IMG/VR virus record: IMGVR_UViG_3300026097_000010
Span: 1-64,000 of that record
From: a virus
Length of the DNA: 64,000 bases
Reading direction: 5' to 3' (one strand)
Shown here: positions 37,434 to 47,704 of the stretch, in pieces
How the letters are laid out: each line of letters starts with the position of its first letter
Numbering within the stretch: the first letter of the stretch is position 1
Position numbers and translations under genes: made by a program
The notes under the pieces: model-generated
Database searches by the model: none
What the model saw: the letters and a program-made list of their open reading frames with translations, nothing else
What the model was told of the DNA's origin: nothing

Positions 37434-38536
37434 TATGAAGATCCTTCTGTACTAGTTAGATTTTTCTGCGTAGCTATTGTTGCTTGATCTGAATTATCAT
37501 TTTTAGGAAATACAGCTCCAGCAATCCCCGCAATTGTTGATACTCCTGCTGGACTTGATATAATATTTACTGCTTCTTGTTTAATGTCATCGACAGAAAG
37601 ATCCTTAAAATTCTTATATGTGTTTGCGGCTCGAATTGCTGTGCCTAAAAAATTCTGCGGAGAATCAAATGCCTGGCCGCTACCGACTGCTCCGAATATT
37701 GATTCTAGGCCATCTAGTAATCCGCCTTCTCCTACAATCGATCCGACTCCTCCGCCGGCAACAGTTAAAGGACTAGGAGTAACATCGTAGTGTAGGTCTG
37801 CAAAGCCTTTAATACCTTCGCTTACTCTTCCGCCGCCATAAATTACCGCTTCGTATTCTACGTCCATAGAATTTTCAGCTGGATCGGCACTTTGTGAATA
37901 ATCCATTTCGCTGTGTTTCCAAGTGGTAATTTTAGGATTTACTAGTGTATAACTTAAAAATCGTTGTCTACTCATCGTGTAGATAGTAATACTTTTAAAT
38001 AAGTCAACGGATTTGTCGTTGTCTAGCCCATACCTAAAATCATCATATTTTGTACCTGCTTGACGATACTTTGTGTCTCCGTAAGCGGAAATGATACTAG
38101 ATCCGATATCTCGTACACTTGCTGTGTTTCTGTCTGCTATGTAATAACCATAATATATAGCCCACAATGCATTCACAACTCCGGCACTGTCGTCGTGAAA
38201 ACTAAACGATATAGGATCATAGTTGATCATTTTATATATTATTCGTTTACGATTATACTGATTCTTGGTTTCTGTGTCGAATTTAAAGCTAGGTAAATCT
38301 GTACGTTTAACCAACATACCGAACTCTTCGATTTCTTTGTTTCCAAATTTAGGTGCTTTAAATGCTGTTCTGTCAATTTCGAATCTAACAAAATAATTAA
38401 ACTTGGTTCTCGGAGCCAGTCTAAAAGTGTCATCGATAAACAGTCTCGAAGCGTGTCTATAGTCAGACGAAATGCCTTTAGGATTTGTTAAACCCGATGT
38501 AAATCCTGTAAGGAATCTTGTGAATTTATTTGCCAT
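37433..38536 (-). CDS. Tail-tube-fold baseplate/tube initiator protein (gp54/gp48-like)
   Basis: DLPSF.F.TETKNQYNRKR..YDPI..FHDD, Y.LVNP.I; adjacent to the tube gene. Confidence 0.65.
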   Translation of the reverse strand: MANKFTRFLTGFTSGLTNPKGISSDYRHASRLFIDDTFRLAPRTKFNYFVRFEIDRTAFKAPKFGNKEIEEFGMLVKRTDLPSFKFDTETKNQYNRKRIIYKMINYDPISFSFHDDSAGVVNALWAIYYGYYIADRNTASVRDIGSSIISAYGDTKYRQAGTKYDDFRYGLDNDKSVDLFKSITIYTMSRQRFLSYTLVNPKITTWKHSEMDYSQSADPAENSMDVEYEAVIYGGGRVSEGIKGFADLHYDVTPSPLTVAGGGVGSIVGEGGLLDGLESIFGAVGSGQAFDSPQNFLGTAIRAANTYKNFKDLSVDDIKQEAVNIISSPAGVSTIAGIAGAVFPKNDNSDQATIATQKNLTSTEGSS

Positions 38537-38552
38537 ACTATTATTTAGCCGT

Positions 38553-38585
38553 AAAAAAAGCCCAGTTTTTATACTGAGCTTTTTG
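38553..38585. terminator. Intrinsic terminator after the tail tube gene
   Basis: AAAAAAAGCCCAGT-TTTTAT-ACTGAGCTTTTTT. Confidence 0.8.
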
Positions 38586-38598
38586 AGTAAGGTAGTTA

Positions 38599-39231
38599 TT
38601 AACCGCCTGTGGTTAAGTTACCTAGAGTTGAGTTAAAGGCTGCGCCGATATTCTGACCAATACCTTCAATAACTGTATCACTACCTGCTTTGAGCTGTGT
38701 CATATTATCAAATCTAATCGATAACGCAACAGTTGCCGCTTCGTTTGTGCCGTAGTTTAAATCGTTGTAGTTAACGTTCTGCAAGAAGCAACCCCATAGG
38801 TTAGTAGTTTCTAAAACTCCAACTTCTTGGGCACCATTACCACCGTCTAAAACTTCAATCCTAGTGGTAAACTTGTAATCAATACCACTTCTAGCACCAG
38901 CTTGTTCAACAAAGTCGTATTGCTTCTGAACCTGCTGTCCTACTAGACGCTGTACAAATCCACTTGCATCATCACGTAAATTAAGTGTAATGGCTTCAAA
39001 GCTGTGCTTACCAGCTAGGTATACTTTTGAGTTATACACGTCGAGTGTCATTTCTTCAAAAGTCACACTCGGACGAGCAACATCAATTACCTGCTTGGTT
39101 AGCTCAGTTGCTGCCTCAGCACCAAAACCGAGTAGTGTTACTCGGAAACGATACTTTAACTTAGGCATTAATAGTACTTGGTTGCCACCGTCTGTTGGTA
39201 CTCCAAAGTTGTTAAGTGAAGTAATTGGCAT
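38599..39231 (-). CDS. Tail tube protein (gp19-like)
   Basis: PKLKYRFRV, RP.V.F.., YLAGK..F..ITL..RDD; immediately follows the sheath gene. Confidence 0.85.
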   Translation of the reverse strand: MPITSLNNFGVPTDGGNQVLLMPKLKYRFRVTLLGFGAEAATELTKQVIDVARPSVTFEEMTLDVYNSKVYLAGKHSFEAITLNLRDDASGFVQRLVGQQVQKQYDFVEQAGARSGIDYKFTTRIEVLDGGNGAQEVGVLETTNLWGCFLQNVNYNDLNYGTNEAATVALSIRFDNMTQLKAGSDTVIEGIGQNIGAAFNSTLGNLTTGG

Positions 39232-39233
39232 AA

Positions 39234-42200
39234 TTAAATTTCTCCTGTGTTTCTAACACGCAACGGAATGTAAATGAATTCAACTGCTTTCACAGGTTCT
39301 ATCGCAACATCTACATAAAGTTCATTACGATCGATTCTTGCTGGCGTGTTATTTGTTTCATCGCATACTACAGCAAAATCGAAAATTGCTCTTAAACCTA
39401 CTAGTTCAAGTAATAGACTTTCTACTGCTTGCTTAATCTCGTCTCTTGTAATCTTATCATTTGGTTCAAAGATGTAAGGACGAGCAAGTTTGTCTAATTG
39501 ACTACGCAAATAAACAACTAATCGAGCAACGTTGATTCTGTCTAAAGCACTAGCATTTCTTGCACGAGTCTTTTGACCGTATGCTACTAGTCCAACACCA
39601 TTAAAGAATGGAATTGGATTGATCTTTAGATCATATAGTGTATCGCGCTGTCCTTCATTAAGTGCAACAGTTTGGAACTCTCCTGTTAAGCTGTCGATAT
39701 AACCAACCGCTGTAGCATTTGTGATTCCGCCTCTTCTTGTGCCTGCCGGTGCAAACCAAGGGAAGCTAACCTGATCACTTAATGCAATCGTTCTCATCAT
39801 CATATGAGAAGCCGGAACAACAGCACTTGCGCCGGTTAAATCGGTTGTGATACCGTTTGGATAGAATGTAGCCAAATACTCATCGAATGTAACAATGCCG
39901 TCGTCACCGTTATCAGTTACTAAATTAGCATTAGATCCCCAGTTAGACAAAGAAGTTGCGTCTGATTCTAATCTTAGCGGTGTGTCGCCAATTACAAACG
40001 CTGTTACGCCACGATCAATGTTTAGATTAACTAGATTGCTCATTAACTCAGGATATCCTGGACAAGCAATTAAGTTAAAGTTTCTACGCTCTTCGTCACG
40101 GATTTGATCGTTTGTATCTACGAAGCTCTTAAGTGCTGCTACAGTAACCGATCTTTGTGCTTTACGTCCGAAACTGCCTGAACCGTCTTCTTGATTAGGT
40201 GATGCTGTTACCCAACGATCTTCTGCATATCCGCTCATTGCTTCGCTGTTATTAAATCGAGGATTGTCAGCAGTTAAGTCAATATAATTATTTACATAAC
40301 GCTTAACATTGCCTCCGCTTCTGCGTAAATTCCATAACAGCATATTTTGCGGATATAATGCTGGATCTGGTGCATCTGGATCTAGATAATTATTTGTTAA
40401 CAAATCTTCAATATCTGCAGCAGGGTATAACTGTCCAGTTGTACCGCCTGATGTGCTCCAACGAGCGTCGGCAAATAATACACCTTCCTCTGTAACCTGG
40501 TCTGTCTTATCTATAAGAACCCATTCTACTAACAGATCGCTCCAACGGTACATTGTTGGGAAGTTTTCTAGATCAGCGGTAGAAATCCAAATATGATTAT
40601 TAATTTGTTTTTGGGCTGTGGTTAATTCAGGCTCGCTTGCAGAAACAATAATTTCTGCACTTGTATAATCTGGATGATTATTGAATCCAACCCAAGTAGT
40701 GCCGTTGTGAACCATTAAATCAACTTCTGAAAACTCTGGGTTATACCAAAGAGTGCCGTCTGCCGGCTCTTCAGTTGGATCATCATCACTAGCGTAAAAA
40801 TCATCTACTGCCAACGGTCTCCAGTTTGAAGCAAGATAGTTTTCGTCTGCTCCTGGAACTAAAGGCCCGCTTCCGTCTGTTGCTGAACCAACAGTTAAAT
40901 TATAGAAGTTTGCTGTTCCTGTTTCGTCGTCAATATTAAATGGGGTAAAGATTTTCGAAATAGGTGTACCGTCGCCGTCTGTTAATCTAAAGTCGCCGCC
41001 TCTTCTGTGTATAATTTGTACTCTATCATCATCTGTTACAGAAGCTTCTACATTATTAAGTCCAGCCGCATTAATCGCCGAAGCAATAGTTTCGGCATCA
41101 GTAACATCGCCAGATGCTGTGAAAGATACTGTCACTGGTGTAGCGACACCTGTAAAGTTTCCATTATTGTCTAGTGTATCACTTAGCACTTCTGATCCTA
41201 ATAATGATTCGGAAACAGTAAATGAATGTTCTACTCCAGTCGTAAACTGATCAGAAATAACATTAGAAGTTATGATAGTATTACCAATCGCAACACGTTT
41301 CCAAGCTCGGAATTTTGCAACCATTGGGTCGGTATCGTAACCGGTATGCTCTTCTGCGTTTGATTGAACAAATAATGTTTCAACTGGGATTAGTGAACCA
41401 CCGTTTGCACGGTCTAAATTAAAAAGTGCAGATTGCGGTGTTGCATAAATCGGTGCACTAACTTCAACCCACGATGTAGTAGCTTCGTTCCACTGTTTGA
41501 TTCTCCAGCGGGCGCCATTTCCTGGTTCTGTAGTTTTAATCCAAACCGAACCTGTTGGACGATTGGTTTGTCCGGATCCACTTGACTTCCATTGAGGAAC
41601 CTGTGTATGCGGTGCCATTTGAACAATAGGACCGTAGTATGCTTCTCCAGCTTCGATACCTAAATCTGATAAGATATCTGATGCTTGTCCAGTTCCTTCT
41701 TCGATAATAATAGCATTTGAAAGTGTACTATCACCAACTTGATCATTTGCGGCATTTGTATATAGATATAGTCTGTTTCTTGAAGTAGTTGCAAATACTC
41801 CTCTTGAAGTATCCTGATCTACTACTGTTACGGTATTAATCGCAGAAACAATATCTGTTAGTGTATCAGCAGAATCTATACTTACACTATTTCCGTTTAT
41901 AATAATTGTACCGGTCCATCCAATAGCACCACTTACAGCATTTGATGTAACAGCTGGATGAGATAATGCCCACTCTTGACTGCCTACTAGCACCCAGTCG
42001 CCGGCGCTGTTACCGCCTACTGTTACACCAGTCTTGTACCACATGCTGATAAGTTCTTTTGATGCTGTAAAGCTTGTTCCGCCGTTTACTGTCTGAGCAA
42101 CAACAGCATAATCGCCAATTGCACCTACCGAACCTACAGGAGCGCCATTACTTACTTTTCCTGTGTCTGTATCAGTTAATACAATCGGAGTTTTAGTTGC

Positions 42201-42686
42201 AAATTTTTGACCGCCTGTTGTGCTTACATCAGCATTATTCCACTCTTGAATACCCCAAGTAGTTGCACGAGTGTCAACCCACCAAGTGCCGTCTGCCGGT
42301 GCCGCTCCCGGGGCTTCTGCTGATCCTGCTAATTCTGTTAGGTCTACGTTTGCTCTAGCAACAAATGCTGAGTTAGAAACTCCTAGCAAACTGTATGCTG
42401 ATAATAAACCATATTCGTTCAACTCCGAACCGTGAATTGGGGTTGAACTTGCTGTCTTCTCGAAGAAAGGTGATCCGAAAAGATCTACTAATTCTCTTTG
42501 ACTTGTTACCCTATATACATTTCCGACGTTAGCCGCAAGTGTACCTTGTGCTGTGCCAGTGCCAGCTCCATTTACTTTGTCTTGGCCAGTAGCTACTACA
42601 ATTAATGGAGTCGTACCCGGTTCTGCCGGAGTGTAAAAACTTTCATCAATTACTGTAACTTCTACGCCTGGTGATGTTAGTGCCAT
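39234..42686 (-). CDS. Contractile tail sheath protein (gp18-like) with large insertions
   Basis: LTSPGVEV..IDES, PWFAPAG..RG, GQKT, LDRINVARL, VVCDETNNTP..IDRNEL, EFIYIP. Confidence 0.95.
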   Translation of the reverse strand: MALTSPGVEVTVIDESFYTPAEPGTTPLIVVATGQDKVNGAGTGTAQGTLAANVGNVYRVTSQRELVDLFGSPFFEKTASSTPIHGSELNEYGLLSAYSLLGVSNSAFVARANVDLTELAGSAEAPGAAPADGTWWVDTRATTWGIQEWNNADVSTTGGQKFATKTPIVLTDTDTGKVSNGAPVGSVGAIGDYAVVAQTVNGGTSFTASKELISMWYKTGVTVGGNSAGDWVLVGSQEWALSHPAVTSNAVSGAIGWTGTIIINGNSVSIDSADTLTDIVSAINTVTVVDQDTSRGVFATTSRNRLYLYTNAANDQVGDSTLSNAIIIEEGTGQASDILSDLGIEAGEAYYGPIVQMAPHTQVPQWKSSGSGQTNRPTGSVWIKTTEPGNGARWRIKQWNEATTSWVEVSAPIYATPQSALFNLDRANGGSLIPVETLFVQSNAEEHTGYDTDPMVAKFRAWKRVAIGNTIITSNVISDQFTTGVEHSFTVSESLLGSEVLSDTLDNNGNFTGVATPVTVSFTASGDVTDAETIASAINAAGLNNVEASVTDDDRVQIIHRRGGDFRLTDGDGTPISKIFTPFNIDDETGTANFYNLTVGSATDGSGPLVPGADENYLASNWRPLAVDDFYASDDDPTEEPADGTLWYNPEFSEVDLMVHNGTTWVGFNNHPDYTSAEIIVSASEPELTTAQKQINNHIWISTADLENFPTMYRWSDLLVEWVLIDKTDQVTEEGVLFADARWSTSGGTTGQLYPAADIEDLLTNNYLDPDAPDPALYPQNMLLWNLRRSGGNVKRYVNNYIDLTADNPRFNNSEAMSGYAEDRWVTASPNQEDGSGSFGRKAQRSVTVAALKSFVDTNDQIRDEERRNFNLIACPGYPELMSNLVNLNIDRGVTAFVIGDTPLRLESDATSLSNWGSNANLVTDNGDDGIVTFDEYLATFYPNGITTDLTGASAVVPASHMMMRTIALSDQVSFPWFAPAGTRRGGITNATAVGYIDSLTGEFQTVALNEGQRDTLYDLKINPIPFFNGVGLVAYGQKTRARNASALDRINVARLVVYLRSQLDKLARPYIFEPNDKITRDEIKQAVESLLLELVGLRAIFDFAVVCDETNNTPARIDRNELYVDVAIEPVKAVEFIYIPLRVRNTGEI

Positions 42687-42793
42687 TCCCATATCTCCTG
42701 GTAATAGTAATTTGTAGTAGTATTTAGTGTACTCTGATAAAAAATACCGTTTAACACCGTGAAAAAAGGGGAAGGAAAGGTGTAAATATTGCT

Positions 42794-43129
42794 ATGAGAC
42801 CATTATGCAAGTGCGGTATACGCCCTAAAGCCGTAAATTACAAAAAGAACGGAAAGACCTACTACAGAAGTCTCTGTGAGGTGTGTATGAACAATGGTGT
42901 TTATCACGGTGTGCCTAGGTGGTATAGAGCAGGTTATCGAATCAAAGATCACTGTGACAAGTGCGGATATAAATCACAGTACAAAGATGTATATAGGGTG
43001 TATCACGTTGACGGGAATCTTGATAACTGTCGTCGCAGTAATCTCAAAACTGTGTGTGCAAATTGCAGAATTGTGCTTGCCAAAGAAGGAACTGCCTGGA
43101 AGCAAGGAGATTTAATCGCCGACTTCTAG
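42794..43129 (+). CDS. Small Zn-finger/HNH-like protein
   Basis: CKC, CEVC, CDKC, HVDGNLDN..NL..VCANC. Confidence 0.72.
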   Translation: MRPLCKCGIRPKAVNYKKNGKTYYRSLCEVCMNNGVYHGVPRWYRAGYRIKDHCDKCGYKSQYKDVYRVYHVDGNLDNCRRSNLKTVCANCRIVLAKEGTAWKQGDLIADF

Positions 43130-43735
43130 AATCTGCTCTACGCGGTTGTACAATTCGTCAATACTGCCATTGTTATATATTTCTAGATCAAAATCAGTAT
43201 TCAACCAAGCCCATTCTGAACTGTGAATGTTCAGTTCAGTCATAGCGTTAATTGCGTTCATATCACCGTGGTTTGCCAGTTTGGCTGTTTCGTACCAGCT
43301 CGGAAGCTCGCCTCGAACTACCCAGACTATTTTGCCGCCTGCGGCTTTGATCGATTCGACTTCATTGGGAAAGCGACAGTCTGATATTACCACACTGTCT
43401 CGACTCTGTCGAAGTTTGTTTTCTAAACTGGCGATCCAAATATCGCCGTGAAAACTTTTTCTTCCTACTTCAGTACCCCAATACTGTAATACCCATCTAG
43501 GAGTTAATGTGGGCATATTAAGACGTTGTGCCCACCATTCATCAACTTCTTCTCGCCATTCTCTAGCTTCTGCAGATTTACCTTCAAGCTGTTCTCTGTC
43601 CCAGCCAAACACAGCCGACACAGCATCTTTAAGTGTGCCAGCAAAACTTTCTCTGCGAAACTGGTGTTGATTTACAAGATAATCTGCCACGGTGTCTTTA
43701 CCGCTGCCAATGAAACCGCAAACGCCAATAATCAT
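43112..43735 (-). CDS. Deoxynucleoside monophosphate kinase (T4 gp1-like)
   Basis: GFIGSGKDT, SFA..LK, TPRWVLQYWGTE, ISDCRFPNE, HSSE. Confidence 0.92.
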   Translation of the reverse strand: MIIGVCGFIGSGKDTVADYLVNQHQFRRESFAGTLKDAVSAVFGWDREQLEGKSAEAREWREEVDEWWAQRLNMPTLTPRWVLQYWGTEVGRKSFHGDIWIASLENKLRQSRDSVVISDCRFPNEVESIKAAGGKIVWVVRGELPSWYETAKLANHGDMNAINAMTELNIHSSEWAWLNTDFDLEIYNNGSIDELYNRVEQILEVGD

Positions 43736-43760
43736 TTATAACTCCTTTGGAAGAAGTTAT

Positions 43761-43789
43761 ATTATAACAAGTTATTGTGTGAGTGTCAA
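43761..43789 (-). promoter_or_regulatory. Consensus sigma70 promoter TTGACA-17-TATAAT for the dNMP kinase (leader with GGAG SD)
   Basis: tgtcaa at 43784-43789 and attata at 43761-43766 on +. Confidence 0.85.
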
Positions 43790-44088
43790 CGGAATTTGTT
43801 GAGTTGTCTAAGCATCTTAGACACGGGATTTAACTTTTTAGTACGCTTGGCTCTTCTGGCTTGCATAACTTTGGTTTTGGCACGAGTCTTTTTCATTCGC
43901 TGACTCTGTGCTACATTGAAATGTTTAAAACACTGGCTTGGATGAGAAACCAATCGGCTTTTTCTTGGGCCGTTTGGGGGACAACGAAATTTCATCTTTG
44001 GGGCTTTGCCGCCTTTGCTACGTCCAAATGCCGCTCCAAATTCGTATAGTTCGTCCGTTTCTTCGTTGTAAAACTCGTCTATCTTCAT
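43786..44088 (-). CDS. Small protein with acidic N-terminus and very basic body (possible DNA-binding head protein)
   Basis: MKIDEFYNEETDELYE then K/R-rich sequence; ATGA overlap with the gp13-like stop. Confidence 0.6.
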   Translation of the reverse strand: MKIDEFYNEETDELYEFGAAFGRSKGGKAPKMKFRCPPNGPRKSRLVSHPSQCFKHFNVAQSQRMKKTRAKTKVMQARRAKRTKKLNPVSKMLRQLNKFR

Positions 44089-44843
44089 CCTATAATCCAA
44101 CTGTAGCCTTGTCCACCCGGTACTAATGTAACCAGTTCAACAGTGAGTCTGTCTAGATCCGACTGTGCTTCTGCTTTCATTGCCGCACCGTTTAATGCTG
44201 TTCCGCCTGCAGGGCCAGCAATAGTAGCAAACTTTTCTCTGGCTTGGCCTAGCATATACTTACAGTTAGCAAGCGTGTAATCTTTAATCCACTGTCCTGC
44301 ATATGTGTCGCTGATTATCACACTGTCTGGCTTGGTGTTATAAACCCAAAGAAGAACCTGCTCGTCACCTCTTGGTCTTTGTTGTATAATTAGTTTACGG
44401 CTCTGTGGATGCCAGGTAAAGTTGATAAAAGATCCAAACATCTTGCCGACCAGCTCTTGATACTGTGCAAATAGTTCGTAAGTGGCTAGTCCGCCCATAT
44501 TAGTTGAGCTTAATAGATACGTATTTGTGTAAGCCAAATTAAAAGGCTCAAACACTGTTCCTCCGCCACCGCCGCCGGTGCGTGATCCAACACTGCGACG
44601 GAATATCTGTCTAACCTGTTGGATTTCTTGCGGAAGAATATATTCGTTTTGATCTTCGAGTAGATTCAAAGAACAGTAGCTTTCTTCGACAGCATTGTCT
44701 GATCTCTGTCTAAACACTGACAGTGATTTTTTCAATGCTGTTTCGTAATGAATAGGATCAAGTTCAACGTCTATCATTCCGTCGCCAAGCATTGTGCGAC
44801 AGTATTCGAATACTTCTTGTTTTTGTTCTTCAATCTGACTCAT
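44085..44843 (-). CDS. Neck protein (gp13-like)
   Basis: LG.GMIDVEL, WIKDY.LA..K..LGQAR.KF..GP.GG..LNG; probable start MSQIEEQ (44843). Confidence 0.85.
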   Translation of the reverse strand: MSQIEEQKQEVFEYCRTMLGDGMIDVELDPIHYETALKKSLSVFRQRSDNAVEESYCSLNLLEDQNEYILPQEIQQVRQIFRRSVGSRTGGGGGGTVFEPFNLAYTNTYLLSSTNMGGLATYELFAQYQELVGKMFGSFINFTWHPQSRKLIIQQRPRGDEQVLLWVYNTKPDSVIISDTYAGQWIKDYTLANCKYMLGQAREKFATIAGPAGGTALNGAAMKAEAQSDLDRLTVELVTLVPGGQGYSWIIG

Positions 44844-44871
44844 AGTTATATTTATCATAAATACTAGTACT
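44844..44871. promoter_or_regulatory. Back-to-back TAAATA late promoters in a 28-bp gap
   Basis: TAAATA-5nt-ATG(44843) on -; TAAATA-8nt-ATG(44872) on +. Confidence 0.72.
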
Positions 44872-46248
44872 ATGCCAAGACTCAGTTTATATCGCCCCGA
44901 AAAAGGCAATGATTACAAATTTTTTGACAAAACTATTTGGGAACAATTCCAAATAGGTGGTACCGATGTGCTGGTTCATAGATATCTAGGACCAGGTAGC
45001 TCTGGGGAAGAAACTGCGTCGACTCCTACATACGAAGGAGACAGCGTAAACAACATTCAAGATTTGCTGTTTTTAGAAAACAGAGACAGAAAATATGATC
45101 CTGATATCTATCAACTTAGATGCCATTACAGCATAACTGATATAGATTTTAATCTAAGCCAGTTTGGGTTGTTCTTACAGAACGACACACTGTTTATGAC
45201 ATTTCACATCAACGACACTGTTGAAAAATTAGGCAGAAAAATCATAGCGGGCGATGTTCTCGAGCTACCACATCTAAAAGATGAGTATGCCCTTAACGAT
45301 CTTCAATATGCACTCAAAAGATTTTATGTTGTAGAAGAAGTTAATCGAGCGGCTGAAGGATTTTCGCCGTTATGGTATCCTCATCTATACAGAGCTAAAT
45401 GTGTACCAATGGTAGACAGCCAAGAATTCAAAGAGATTTTAGACGATATTGCAAATACTGATGCTTATTCTGGTACATACAATCCCGATATTACATACTT
45501 CCCTGGTGAAATTGTGCTGGGCGAAGACGGTGTCAAATACGAAGTAGTCAGAGAAGTCTCAGGCATTGCTCCGCCGGATTTAACATACTATCAGGTAGCA
45601 GACACTCTCAGAGATATAGTGAGCACATATGAAAAAGAAATGCAGATTACGCAGGCTGTTCTTGATCAAGCCGAAGAGGACGCTCCACAGAGTGGATACG
45701 ATGTTACCAAGTTTTTCCATATCCAAAAAGACGACGAAGGAAAAGCATCACTAGTAAGAGCAGACAGCGACGAACTGTTAATTCCTAGCACCGACGAAGA
45801 CGGCAATACCATCTATGACGAGACAGGCGAGCCGGTATATATGGCTGTTACCGCTGATACTGTGTTACAGACTTCTGAATACAACAAGTATCCCGGGTAT
45901 CTTACAGGCGACGGTGTCCCCCAAAATGGTGCTCCGTTTACACAGGGCATAGCATTTCCTATTAATCCCGGCGAAGGACAATATGCACTCAGAACTGACT
46001 ATCTGCCTAATCGACTGTTCCGATATAACGGAGTAAGATGGCAACGAATCGAAGACGATGTGAGAACGACTATGAGCAATCTCGGTAACAGCGATACACA
46101 AACAGGTGCCGAGTTTGAAGGTAAAGATCAAAGACAAACACAACTAAGTGGGTTTGTAAACAACGACAATCAAACAACCGTTGATGGCAAGACTGTACAA
46201 GAAAAGCAAAGTCTGTCAAAGGCACTTAGACCAGAGGCAGACGAATAA
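44872..46248 (+). CDS. Neck/head-closure protein (gp14-like) with extensions
   Basis: LSQFGLF..D..FH, GDVLELPHL; lies between the gp13-like and gp15-like genes. Confidence 0.65.
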   Translation: MPRLSLYRPEKGNDYKFFDKTIWEQFQIGGTDVLVHRYLGPGSSGEETASTPTYEGDSVNNIQDLLFLENRDRKYDPDIYQLRCHYSITDIDFNLSQFGLFLQNDTLFMTFHINDTVEKLGRKIIAGDVLELPHLKDEYALNDLQYALKRFYVVEEVNRAAEGFSPLWYPHLYRAKCVPMVDSQEFKEILDDIANTDAYSGTYNPDITYFPGEIVLGEDGVKYEVVREVSGIAPPDLTYYQVADTLRDIVSTYEKEMQITQAVLDQAEEDAPQSGYDVTKFFHIQKDDEGKASLVRADSDELLIPSTDEDGNTIYDETGEPVYMAVTADTVLQTSEYNKYPGYLTGDGVPQNGAPFTQGIAFPINPGEGQYALRTDYLPNRLFRYNGVRWQRIEDDVRTTMSNLGNSDTQTGAEFEGKDQRQTQLSGFVNNDNQTTVDGKTVQEKQSLSKALRPEADE

Positions 46249-47693
46249 TGAGTGACTTCTTTTACGACGGACAGATAAGACGTTTCGTTACACAGTTTAT
46301 GCGAGCATTTATTGGATTCAAATACGAGTCCGGTGACGGTGAACAAAAGACTGTTCCGGTTATGTACGGCGATATGACCAGACAGGTTGCCAGCATTATC
46401 AAAGAAAATTCTGAAAACAAAATGCCAACTGTGCCTAGGATTGCCTGTTATATCACAGGTTTAGAAATGGATCAGGCAAGACTTGGAGATCCCAGCTTTG
46501 TTAGTAAAATAAATGTTCGTGAAAGACGTTACGAATACGACAGTTCAGGAGCAGGTAACGAGCCTGTATATACCGGAGAGCAGGGTGCCAACTATACTGT
46601 CGAGAGGTTAATGCCTGTACCGTATAAGCTAACAATGAAGGCGGATATTTGGAGTTCTAACACAGATCAAAAGCTTCAGTTACTAGAGCAGATACTGGTT
46701 TTATTCCGTCCCAGTTTGGAAATTCAAAGCACGGACAACTACATAGATTGGACCAGTCTATCCACAATGTATCTCAACAGTACCAGTTTTAGTAGCAGAA
46801 CCATTCCGGTAGGTACAGATTCAGATATTGATATTTGTAGTTTAGAATTCGAAATGCCTATATATATTTCGCCGCCAGCAAAGGTTAAAAAACTAGGAGT
46901 GATACAGAAAATTATCACAAATATTTTCACAGAAGAAGGCGAAGTACAGAGTTTAGAAAACCTAGTTTACAGTGAAAGAATTGGCAACTCGCAAGTAGTT
47001 ACATCTTATCTTTATAACGTGTTACTGTTTAAAGCAGAAAACGGAGAGCCTTATGATTATGAAGTCACCGTTGTAGATAAAAATCAAGCGGTGCAAAGTC
47101 TAGGCCTGGATGAAAAAGAATTTGCCAACAAGAACGTAGACTGGAATGCTGTGCTAAATGTGTACGGCGGTGCGTGGGCCGACAGCAGGATTTATTTCCT
47201 ACAGCCCAACGGATTTGAAATGTCAGGAACATTTGCGGTCAATCCTGTAAATCCAGAAGTGTTATTGGTTACATTTGATCAGGACACAATTCCCACAAAC
47301 ACATTGATTAGCGGCAAGGGCACTATAGATGCTATTGTTAATCCGTTAACTTTCAATCCTGTAGAACGTTGGAGTGGTGTTGCAAATATACCTACAGGTA
47401 CCAGGTATCTACTGTTAGAAACAATAGGCGATCCTGATAACACAGACGGTGCCGAAGGTTGGAAAGGCACCGACGGTAGCACACAAACATCGTACATCCT
47501 CAGACAAAACGATATCGTAGAGTGGAACGGAACACAGTGGGAAACTGTTTTTGCATCTTCTTCTGTAACTGATACTACATATGTTACCAACATAAGAACC
47601 GGAATCCAATATAAGTGGGACGGAGAGCAATGGCTCAAATCATTCGAAGGTGAATATTCTCCAGGTTACTGGCGGCTTGATATGAATCCTTGA
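46248..47693 (+). CDS. Tail sheath stabiliser/terminator (gp15-like) with C-terminal extension
   Basis: FFYD.QIRR, VPV.YG, PVPY.L, QLLEQIL..F.P. Confidence 0.8.
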   Translation: MSDFFYDGQIRRFVTQFMRAFIGFKYESGDGEQKTVPVMYGDMTRQVASIIKENSENKMPTVPRIACYITGLEMDQARLGDPSFVSKINVRERRYEYDSSGAGNEPVYTGEQGANYTVERLMPVPYKLTMKADIWSSNTDQKLQLLEQILVLFRPSLEIQSTDNYIDWTSLSTMYLNSTSFSSRTIPVGTDSDIDICSLEFEMPIYISPPAKVKKLGVIQKIITNIFTEEGEVQSLENLVYSERIGNSQVVTSYLYNVLLFKAENGEPYDYEVTVVDKNQAVQSLGLDEKEFANKNVDWNAVLNVYGGAWADSRIYFLQPNGFEMSGTFAVNPVNPEVLLVTFDQDTIPTNTLISGKGTIDAIVNPLTFNPVERWSGVANIPTGTRYLLLETIGDPDNTDGAEGWKGTDGSTQTSYILRQNDIVEWNGTQWETVFASSSVTDTTYVTNIRTGIQYKWDGEQWLKSFEGEYSPGYWRLDMNP

Positions 47694-47704
47694 TACATAC
47701 TAGT

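Noticed and set aside
42794-43129. Mobile homing endonuclease
   Set aside because: It is only 111 aa, the final HNH His position is Arg, and it has its own late-type promoter, so it looks more like a resident Zn-finger gene.
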